DNA of 64,000 nucleotides from an uncultured Clostridia bacterium (GTDB lineage Bacteria > Bacillota > Clostridia > TANB77 > CAG-508): the NCBI GenBank assembly GCA_934130285.1, contig CAKOXT010000001.1, forward strand, positions 165,082 to 229,081. Reading direction: 5' to 3'. The translations under genes were made by a program, and so were the position numbers. Under the pieces are notes generated by a model. It saw only the letters and a program-made list of their open reading frames with translations, was not told the origin of the DNA and made no database searches. Below, in pieces: positions 56,519-64,000 of the stretch. Every line of letters starts with the position of its first letter. The first letter of the stretch is position 1.

Positions 56519-57089
56519 TTTACATACAGAGATTTTGGGAAAACAATTTGAATATTATGATGAAATTAATTCAACTCAAAAAGAAATTTGGAAAAGAATT
56601 AATTGCAATCAGATAGAAAACGGAACTGTAATTTGTGCAGGGGTTCAAACAAATGGAATTGGAACTCATGGAAGAGTGTGGCACACTGACGAAAAAAATA
56701 ATATTGCTTTTTCATTTTTTATAAATGCTAATACTGATGTGAAAAATTTAGATGGTATTACAATAGAAATTGCTCGAATTATATTACAAGTATTTAAAAA
56801 CTTGTATAACATTGAACTTCAGATTAAGGAACCAAATGATATTGTGTATGATAATAAAAAGATAGGTGGAATTCTTACAGAGACTAATTTAGTTGGAAGT
56901 TTAGTTAAAAATTTAGTTATTGGTATAGGAATAAATACAAATCAGTTGTATTTCTCAGATGATATAAAAGAAATCGCAACTTCAATAAAAGAGAAATTTG
57001 GTATTGAAATTGATAATGAATTAGTAATTTCAGAGATTTGTAATTTATTTGAAAAAGAATATTTTAAAAGGATAGGAAAAGAAGTATGA
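56505..57089 (+). CDS. birA: biotin--[acetyl-CoA-carboxylase] ligase, catalytic-domain-only (group I BirA)
   Basis: NSTQ motif and QTNGIGTHGRVW (GRGRxGRxW-like). 194 aa, no HTH domain. Confidence 0.7.
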   Translation: MKLDNLHTEILGKQFEYYDEINSTQKEIWKRINCNQIENGTVICAGVQTNGIGTHGRVWHTDEKNNIAFSFFINANTDVKNLDGITIEIARIILQVFKNLYNIELQIKEPNDIVYDNKKIGGILTETNLVGSLVKNLVIGIGINTNQLYFSDDIKEIATSIKEKFGIEIDNELVISEICNLFEKEYFKRIGKEV

Positions 57090-58030
57090 AAATAGGTTTT
57101 TTATTTCCGGGGCAAGGTTCACAGGCAACAGGTATGGGAAAAGATATTTATGATAAATATGAGGTTGCCAAGGATGTATATGATCAAGTAAAAAAAGTGA
57201 CTGGGATTGATGTGGCTGATATTACTTTTAATCAGCCTGCAGAGATTTTGAATCAAACGAAATATACCCAAATAAGCATTTTAACAATGAGTTTAGCTAT
57301 TTTAAAAGTGCTTGAACAACATGGAATTAAAGCAGATGCTTCAGCAGGATTAAGCTTAGGTGAATATTCAGCTTTAGTTTATGGAAATATTTTAAGTTTT
57401 GAGGATGGAGTAAGTATTGTAAAAAATAGAGGAACATATATGCAAGAAATGCTTCCAAAGGGCGAATGGTCAATGGCTGCAATAATGGGATTGGACGAAA
57501 AGGCTGTTGAGGAAGCATGTGCAAAAGTTACAAAAGGATTTGTTAGACCTGTAAACTTTAATACCGTAGGGCAAATTGTTGCTTCTGGAGATAAAAATGG
57601 AATTGAGGAATTACAAAAAATTGCATTAGAAAGTGGAGCAAAAAAAGTAAGATTATTAAATACTGCTGGTCCTTTTCATACAGAGAAATTGGAAAAGGCA
57701 TCAGAGGCTTTAAGAAATGATCTTGAAAAGATTAAATTTAAAAAAGCTAGTTCTAAAGTTTTTAAAAATATTGATGGAACAGAATATACAGAAAGTAATG
57801 ATATGCCTGATATATTGGCTAAACATATAATAAGTCCAGTGAAATTCACAAAGGTATTAAAAAGCATGTATGATGATGGAATTGATACTTTTGTTGAGAT
57901 TGGACCTGGAAAGACATTATCTGGATTTGTTAAAAGAATGAATTTTGATAAAGATGTTTTAATTTTAAATATAAATAATGTCGAATCATTAGAATCTACA
58001 ATTGATTATTTAAAAAAGGAGGAAATTTAA
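57086..58030 (+). CDS. fabD: malonyl CoA-ACP transacylase
   Basis: FLFPGQGSQ and the GLSLGEYSAL active-site serine. Confidence 0.9.
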   Translation: MKIGFLFPGQGSQATGMGKDIYDKYEVAKDVYDQVKKVTGIDVADITFNQPAEILNQTKYTQISILTMSLAILKVLEQHGIKADASAGLSLGEYSALVYGNILSFEDGVSIVKNRGTYMQEMLPKGEWSMAAIMGLDEKAVEEACAKVTKGFVRPVNFNTVGQIVASGDKNGIEELQKIALESGAKKVRLLNTAGPFHTEKLEKASEALRNDLEKIKFKKASSKVFKNIDGTEYTESNDMPDILAKHIISPVKFTKVLKSMYDDGIDTFVEIGPGKTLSGFVKRMNFDKDVLILNINNVESLESTIDYLKKEEI

Positions 58031-58031
58031 T

Positions 58032-58760
58032 ATGGCAAAAGTTGCTTTAATAACAGGTGCTACAAGAGGAATTGGTAAGGCAATAGCATTAAAATTGGCT
58101 AGTAGTGGTTTTAATATTGCTTTGAATTATAGAAAAGAAAATGATGATTTAGTTGCAACAAAAAAAGAGATTGAAAAGCTAGGTGTTGAATGTTTGCCTG
58201 TTCAAGGAGATATTTCATCTTTTGAAGATTGTGAAAGAATGACTAAAGAAATAATTGCTAAATATGAAGGAATTAATGTGCTGGTTAATAATGCGGGTAT
58301 TACAAAAGATATGTTACTTATGAGAATGAAGCCAGATGATTTTAAATGCGTAATTGATGTTAACTTAGTTGGTACTTTTAATATGACAAGAAATGTTATT
58401 CCATATATGATAAAAGCAAGAGAAGGTCGAATTGTTAATATTTCTTCTGTTGTTGGTGTTAATGGAAATGCTGGACAAACTAATTATGCTTCATCAAAAG
58501 CTGGTGTTATTGGATTTACTAAAAGTCTAGCAAGAGAGCTTGGTTCTAGAAATATATTGGTAAATGCTGTTGCACCTGGTTTTATTGAAACAGATATGAC
58601 TGCTGTTTTAAATGATACTGTTAGAGATGAGATTGCTAAGAAAATTTCTTTGAAAAGAATGGGATCTGCTGAGGATGTTGCAGGAGTGGTAGATTTCCTT
58701 TGTGGAGATAGTTCTAGATATGTTACAGGAACGGTTATTCCTGTTGATGGTGGAATTTAA
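58032..58760 (+). CDS. fabG: 3-oxoacyl-[ACP] reductase
   Basis: SDR motifs TGATRGIG and YASSKAG. Confidence 0.9.
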   Translation: MAKVALITGATRGIGKAIALKLASSGFNIALNYRKENDDLVATKKEIEKLGVECLPVQGDISSFEDCERMTKEIIAKYEGINVLVNNAGITKDMLLMRMKPDDFKCVIDVNLVGTFNMTRNVIPYMIKAREGRIVNISSVVGVNGNAGQTNYASSKAGVIGFTKSLARELGSRNILVNAVAPGFIETDMTAVLNDTVRDEIAKKISLKRMGSAEDVAGVVDFLCGDSSRYVTGTVIPVDGGI

Positions 58761-58797
58761 CAAATATATGAGAGTAAATTGTAAGAGGTGAATGTTA

Positions 58798-60042
58798 ATG
58801 GATGGTAGAAGGGTAGTCGTTACTGGCTTAGGAAGTATTAACCCAATCGGTAAAAATGTTGAAGAAACATGGAATGGAATAAAAAATAAAGTTTGTGGTA
58901 TTGATGTTATGAAGTTAGTTAATCCTGAAACTTTTAAAACTAAAATGGATGCTGAAGTCAAAGATTATAATGCTCAAGATTATTTTGATGTAAAACAGAC
59001 AAGAAGATTAGATAGATCTTCACAGTTTGCTTTAATTGCTGCTAAAGAAGCTTTTGCAGATTCTGGAATTTCAAAAGAAAATACAGATTTCAACAAAGTT
59101 GGTATTTTTGTAAGTTCTGGGATAGGTGGTTTAATTACAATTCAAAATCAATGTGAAGTTAATTTTGAAAAAGGTCATAATAGAATTTCTCCTATGTTTA
59201 TTCCAATGTCAATAGCAAATATGCCTGCTGGAAATATTGCTATTGAATTAGGTTTAAAAGGTGAATCAATTTCAATTGTTACTGCATGTGCGTCTTCAAC
59301 TCACGCCATTGGTGAGGCTTATAGAACAATAAAACATGGATATGAAGATGTAATTTTAGCAGGAGGTGCAGAGGCTTCTATTTGTGAAGTTGGTATAGGC
59401 GGATTTGAAAATATGAAAGCTTTATCTAGTGCGACTGATAAAAATAGAGCGAGTATACCTTTTGATAAAGAGAGAAATGGATTTGTAATGGGTGAAGGTG
59501 CTGGTATTTTAGTTTTAGAAGAATATGAACATGCTATAAAAAGAGGTGCAAAGATTTATGGAGAAGTGATTGGATATGGTGCAACATCAGATGCATATCA
59601 TATTACATCTCCTTGTCCTGATGGCGAAGGTGCTATTAATGCAATGAATAGAGCAATTAAGGACGCACATATAAATCCAGATGAAATTGATTATATTAAT
59701 GCACATGGTACATCAACACATTTAAATGATTCTTGCGAAACAATGGCAATAAAGAAAGTTTTAGGTGATTATAGTAAAAAGGTATTAGTTAGCTCTACAA
59801 AAGGAAATACAGGACATTTACTTGGAGCTGCTGGCGGAGTAGAAGCTGTTATATGTTCTAAAGCGATAGAAGAAGGAATTGTTCCTCCTACGATTAATTA
59901 TAAAGAAGCTGATCCAGAATGTGATTTGAATGTTGTTCCAAATGAGTTTATGAAAAAGAATTTGAATATTGTTATGTCAAATTCATTAGGTTTTGGCGGG
60001 CATAATGCTAGTATAATTTTGAGAAAGGTTAAGGAGAACTAA
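58798..60042 (+). CDS. fabF: beta-ketoacyl-[ACP] synthase II
   Basis: Active-site Cys (TACASS), His-His (HGTST, GHLLGAAG). Start at Met of MDGRRVVVTGLG. Confidence 0.9.
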   Translation: MDGRRVVVTGLGSINPIGKNVEETWNGIKNKVCGIDVMKLVNPETFKTKMDAEVKDYNAQDYFDVKQTRRLDRSSQFALIAAKEAFADSGISKENTDFNKVGIFVSSGIGGLITIQNQCEVNFEKGHNRISPMFIPMSIANMPAGNIAIELGLKGESISIVTACASSTHAIGEAYRTIKHGYEDVILAGGAEASICEVGIGGFENMKALSSATDKNRASIPFDKERNGFVMGEGAGILVLEEYEHAIKRGAKIYGEVIGYGATSDAYHITSPCPDGEGAINAMNRAIKDAHINPDEIDYINAHGTSTHLNDSCETMAIKKVLGDYSKKVLVSSTKGNTGHLLGAAGGVEAVICSKAIEEGIVPPTINYKEADPECDLNVVPNEFMKKNLNIVMSNSLGFGGHNASIILRKVKEN

Positions 60043-60044
60043 AA

Positions 60045-60482
60045 ATGGAGTATGAAAAAATCAAACAATTAATGGATGATATGGGAAATTCAAAATTATC
60101 TTCAATTGATATTGATTTTCCTGATGGTACTAAGATTAGTATGAAGAAAAATGAAAATGTTGAGGCAGCAATAAAAACAGTGGTTGTTGAAAATAAAGAG
60201 GTTAAAACGGAAGAATCTGAATCAACAAAATTAAGTGATGAAAATGCAGGAAATATTGTAAAATCTCCTATGGTTGGTACTTTTTACATAAAGCCTAATC
60301 CTAGTGCAGAGCCTTATGTTGAGGTTGGAAAGAGAGTTAAAAAGGGTGATGTTCTTTGTATAGTTGAGGCTATGAAGCTTATGAATGAGATTGAGTCTGA
60401 GTTTGATGGGGAAGTTGCTGAAATTCTTGTTAAAGATGGTGAGGCTGTTGAGTATGCTAAACCTTTATTTAGGATAGTTTAA
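60045..60482 (+). CDS. accB: acetyl-CoA carboxylase biotin carboxyl carrier protein
   Basis: Biotinyl-lysine motif EAMKLMNEI. Confidence 0.9.
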   Translation: MEYEKIKQLMDDMGNSKLSSIDIDFPDGTKISMKKNENVEAAIKTVVVENKEVKTEESESTKLSDENAGNIVKSPMVGTFYIKPNPSAEPYVEVGKRVKKGDVLCIVEAMKLMNEIESEFDGEVAEILVKDGEAVEYAKPLFRIV

Positions 60483-60488
60483 TATAAT

Positions 60489-60666
60489 GAAGTTTGATAG
60501 AAAAATAAAATTTATTTTACCTTGTTTCGTGGTTTAGAAGCTCTAGCGAAAATCAATCAGCGCCCTCATTGCTGTTTGCTGTGAGATTCCCTAATTGATT
60601 TTCTTAAGACCTTCTACTACCACTCTCACTGCGCAACCATAAATTTTATTTTTCTAGTCAAACTTC
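60489..60666. repeat. MITE-like palindromic element, copy C, inserted between accB and fabZ (27-bp terminal inverted repeats, GC-rich core)
   Basis: GAAGTTTGATAGAAAAATAAAATTTAT at the 5' end pairs with ATAAATTTTATTTTTCTAGTCAAACTTC at the 3' end. The core shares its ACCTTG start and CTGCGC end with copies A and B. Confidence 0.6.
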
Positions 60667-60697
60667 AAATAATAAAAATCAAAAGGAAGGATTAGAT

Positions 60698-61120
60698 ATG
60701 TTAAACAAAGAAGAAATAGAAAACATTATTCCTCAAAGAGATCCATTTTTAATGATTGATGAGGTAGAACAATATATACCAGGAGAATCAGCTATAGCAT
60801 ATAAACATGTAAAAGAAAGCGAATGGTACTTCAAAGGACATTTCCCTGGAAATCCTATAATGCCAGGAGTACTAATAACTGAAAGCTTGGCACAAACAGG
60901 AGCTATTGCAATATTAAGCTTAGAAGAAAACAAAGGAAGAAATGCATTATTTGCAGGAATAGACAAAATCCGCTTTAAAAAACAAGTTGTTCCTGGAGAT
61001 ACATTAAAATTAGAAGTTAAAATTATTAAACAAAAAGGACCAATTGGAGTTGGAGAAGCACTTGCAACATGTGAAGGAAAAATTGTTGCTAAGGGTGAAT
61101 TAACCTTTGCAATTGTTTAA
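60698..61120 (+). CDS. fabZ: 3-hydroxyacyl-[ACP] dehydratase FabZ
   Basis: Hot-dog fold with HFPGNPIMPGVL. Confidence 0.9.
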   Translation: MLNKEEIENIIPQRDPFLMIDEVEQYIPGESAIAYKHVKESEWYFKGHFPGNPIMPGVLITESLAQTGAIAILSLEENKGRNALFAGIDKIRFKKQVVPGDTLKLEVKIIKQKGPIGVGEALATCEGKIVAKGELTFAIV

Positions 61121-61155
61121 GAAATTAGAAAATTATTATTTTTAGGAGAATAAAA

Positions 61156-62499
61156 ATGAACAAAATATTAATTGCTAATAGAGGAGAAATTGCTGTTAGA
61201 ATAATAAGAGCATGCAAAGAAATGAATATAAAAACAGTAGCAGTATATTCAGAAATCGATAAAGATGCAATGCATACACACCTAGCAGATGAAGCTGTAT
61301 GTATAGGTCCAGCAAATGCAGGAAAAAGTTATCTGAACTATAAAAATATTATAGAAGCAGCTAATATTACTGGTAGTGATAGTATCCATCCTGGATTTGG
61401 CTTTTTATCTGAAAATAGTCAATTTGCTAAGATGTGTGAAGAATCAAATATAAAATTTATAGGACCATCATATAAAGTAATTGAATTTATGGGAAACAAA
61501 TCTAACGCTAAAGAATTTATGAAGAATGCAGGAATACCTGTTATACCAGGTTCTGATGGAAGTGTAAAAGGATTAAAAGACGCGTTGTCTGTTGCAGATA
61601 AAATAGGATATCCAGTTATGTTAAAAGCTGCTGCTGGAGGTGGCGGAAAAGGAATTCGTATAGCTAATACACCAGCTGAATTAGAAGAAAATTATAATAT
61701 TGTTAAACAAGAAGCAAAAATTTCCTTTAACGATGATGAAGTATATATAGAAAAGTTCATTAAAAATCCTAGACATGTTGAAATTCAAATACTTGCAGAT
61801 GAACATGGAAATGTTGTTCATTTGGGTGAAAGGGATTGCTCTATTCAAAGAAGAAATCAAAAAGTTATTGAAGAAACTCCATCAACAGCAATAGATGATA
61901 AACTAAGAAACAAGATGGGTGAAGTTGCAGTTAAAGCAGCTAAATTGGCGGGATATAGTAGCTGTGGGACAATAGAATTTTTAGTAGATAATGACAAGAA
62001 ATTTTATTTTATGGAAATGAATACAAGAATTCAAGTAGAACATCCAATTACTGAAATGAGAACTGGTATTGATATTGTGAAACAGCAAATAAAAATTGCT
62101 GCAGGTGAAGAAATGAAATTAAAACAGAAGGATATTGATTTTAGAGGACATTGTATTGAATGTAGAATTAATGCTGAAAATCCAAGTAAAAATTTTATGC
62201 CATGTCCAGGAAAGATCACAGGGTTAAATTTACCTGGTGGAAAAGGAATCAGAATTGATTCTGCAATATATGAAGGATATTCAATACCACCTAATTATGA
62301 TTCTATGATAGCTAAAATTATTGCATTTGGAGATACGAGGAATGAGGCTATTAGCAAGATGAAACGAGCACTTGAAGAAACTGTTATAGAAGGAATAGAT
62401 ACAAATATAGATTTTCTTTTTAAGATAATAAAGAATCAAAATTTTATAAGAGGCAATTTTGATACGTCTTTTATAGAAAAAGAAATTTTAAATAAATGA
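61156..62499 (+). CDS. accC: acetyl-CoA carboxylase biotin carboxylase subunit
   Basis: ATP-grasp fold; MLKAAAGGGGKG. 447 aa. Confidence 0.9.
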   Translation: MNKILIANRGEIAVRIIRACKEMNIKTVAVYSEIDKDAMHTHLADEAVCIGPANAGKSYLNYKNIIEAANITGSDSIHPGFGFLSENSQFAKMCEESNIKFIGPSYKVIEFMGNKSNAKEFMKNAGIPVIPGSDGSVKGLKDALSVADKIGYPVMLKAAAGGGGKGIRIANTPAELEENYNIVKQEAKISFNDDEVYIEKFIKNPRHVEIQILADEHGNVVHLGERDCSIQRRNQKVIEETPSTAIDDKLRNKMGEVAVKAAKLAGYSSCGTIEFLVDNDKKFYFMEMNTRIQVEHPITEMRTGIDIVKQQIKIAAGEEMKLKQKDIDFRGHCIECRINAENPSKNFMPCPGKITGLNLPGGKGIRIDSAIYEGYSIPPNYDSMIAKIIAFGDTRNEAISKMKRALEETVIEGIDTNIDFLFKIIKNQNFIRGNFDTSFIEKEILNK

Positions 62500-62591
62500 T
62501 AATGATTTATAGAATATTATTTTTATGTGCTTTTTAATATTTTATAAAAAATTAAATTTATTGTGTATTAGAAGAAAGGAATAAGGTTATT

Positions 62592-63440
62592 ATGATTGTT
62601 GATAAAATAAAAAAACGACCACCAACTGCAAAAAATGTAAAACCCCAAATTGATATTCCTGTCGGTAAATGGATTAAGTGTGATAAATGCAAAGAAATTG
62701 TTTATAAAGAAACTGTAAGAGAGAATATGAGTATTTGTCCAAATTGTGGAGCATATTTCAGAATGCATATAAATAAAAGACTTGAAATGATTATTGATGA
62801 AGGTTCATATAAAAAGTTCGATTTAAATATTGATACAGTTAATCCATTAAACCTGGAAGGATATGAACAAAAAATAAAGACACTTAGAACTAAAACAGGT
62901 ATACCAGAAGCAGTTAGTGCAGGCATTGGAAAAATTAATGGTGAAGATGTTGTAATTTGTGTGATGGATAGTGGATTTTTAATGGGAAGTATGGGAAGTG
63001 TAGTAGGCGAAAAAATTACATATTCTATGGAAAAAGCTATTGAATTAAATGTTCCTTTTATAATTTTCTGCACATCTGGTGGAGCAAGAATGCAGGAAGG
63101 AATTATTTCATTAATGCAAATGGCAAAAACTACATCTGCTGTTGCTAAAATGAATAAGGCTGGAATCTTATACATTTCTGTTTTAACAGATCCAACGTAT
63201 GGAGGAGTTACTGCTTCTTTTGCTAGTATTGCTGACATAGTTTTAGCAGAGCCTGGGGCTATGATTGGGTTCGCAGGTCAAAGAGTAATACAACAAACAA
63301 TTGGACAATCTTTGCCAGAAGGTTTTCAAACTGCTGAATTTTTATTAGATCATGGATTTATAGATAAGATTGTAGAAAGACAGAATATGAAAAAAACTAT
63401 ATTTGATTTAATTCAGTTCCATAAAAGGAGGGATTCATAG
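62592..63440 (+). CDS. accD: acetyl-CoA carboxylase carboxyltransferase beta subunit
   Basis: N-terminal Zn finger CDKC...CPNC and the carboxyltransferase domain. Confidence 0.9.
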   Translation: MIVDKIKKRPPTAKNVKPQIDIPVGKWIKCDKCKEIVYKETVRENMSICPNCGAYFRMHINKRLEMIIDEGSYKKFDLNIDTVNPLNLEGYEQKIKTLRTKTGIPEAVSAGIGKINGEDVVICVMDSGFLMGSMGSVVGEKITYSMEKAIELNVPFIIFCTSGGARMQEGIISLMQMAKTTSAVAKMNKAGILYISVLTDPTYGGVTASFASIADIVLAEPGAMIGFAGQRVIQQTIGQSLPEGFQTAEFLLDHGFIDKIVERQNMKKTIFDLIQFHKRRDS

Positions 63441-64000
63441 TGAATAATATAACTGCATGGAAAAGAGTTGAAATTGCAAGATCACCTGATCGAAAGACAT
63501 CATTAGATTATATTGATTATATTTTTGATGATTTTATTGAACTTCATGGAGATAGATTAGGCAAAGATGATAAAGCTATGGTATGTGGACTTGGAAAAAT
63601 TGGTGAACAAAGTTTTACAATAATTGCGGAACAGAAGGGAAGAAATACTAAAGAAAATATCGAGAGAAATTTTGGAATGCCTAATCCAGAAAGTTATAGA
63701 AAAGCAGTAAGATTTATGAAACAAGCAGAAAAATTTCATAGACCTGTTATTACTTTTATTGATACAAAAGGTGCTTATCCTGGTATTGAGGCTGAAGAGA
63801 AAGGACAAGGAGAGGCTATTGCTAATTCAATGTTAACAATGGCTGGACTTAAAGTTCCTATTATTTCTGTTGTTATTGGAGAGGGATCAAGTGGCGGTGC
63901 TTTGGCTATTGGTGTTGGAAATAAAGTGCTTATGCTTGAAAATGCCATTTATTCAATTCTTTCTCCTGAGGGATATGCTAGTATATTATGGAAGGATGCT
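63440..64000 (+). CDS. accA: acetyl-CoA carboxylase carboxyltransferase alpha subunit, 3'-truncated by window edge (GTG start overlapping accD stop)
   Basis: AAAAGGAGGG RBS and GTG at 63440. Motifs [15 protein letters not shown] and [10 protein letters not shown]. The frame is open to the window end. Confidence 0.8.
   Translation, partial: MNNITAWKRVEIARSPDRKTSLDYIDYIFDDFIELHGDRLGKDDKAMVCGLGKIGEQSFTIIAEQKGRNTKENIERNFGMPNPESYRKAVRFMKQAEKFHRPVITFIDTKGAYPGIEAEEKGQGEAIANSMLTMAGLKVPIISVVIGEGSSGGALAIGVGNKVLMLENAIYSILSPEGYASILWKDA

Noticed and set aside
1-64000. Integrated mobile elements: IS, transposon or prophage
   Set aside because: No transposase, integrase, recombinase or phage structural genes were recognised. 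The only mobile-like sequences are the short non-coding MITE-like repeats.

Overview
This is a strongly AT-rich Firmicutes chromosomal segment, Clostridium-like, from a spore former: it carries cotJA-cotJB-cotJC, spoIIP and a CotF-like gene. Housekeeping genes are dense on the + strand: monofunctional peptidoglycan transglycosylase, an M23 peptidase, recJ, rel, hisS, pgi, an Rrf2-regulated sufCBDSU operon, mnmA, tcdA, folC, and an acyl-ACP thioesterase / fadD-like / birA / fabD-fabG-fabF-accB-fabZ-accC-accD-accA cluster. Accessory content includes a csoR-copZ-copA copper module whose CsoR operator sits inside a consensus promoter, a two-component system with a duplicated FtsX-type ABC exporter, two RelBE-type toxin-antitoxin pairs and an orphan HicB, small regulators (HxlR, XRE, Myb-like), and a patatin-like lipase. 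The most interesting locus is a translationally coupled macrodomain / SirTM-like sirtuin / DUF1848 (C-terminal CxxxCxxC) operon. No GcvH-L or LplA partner is visible. The operon and the unknown gene upstream of it are each preceded by a near-identical 47-bp module (18-bp inverted repeat plus a TTTACA-17-TAAAAT promoter), next to a divergent HxlR-type regulator. Three genes (rel, a ComEC-like MBL hydrolase, the patatin lipase) are interrupted by single-base frameshifts. A family of short MITE-like palindromic repeats with AT-rich terminal inverted repeats and GC-rich cores occurs in at least three intergenic sites, one of them between accB and fabZ. I found no rRNA, tRNA, CRISPR array, transposase or prophage genes.
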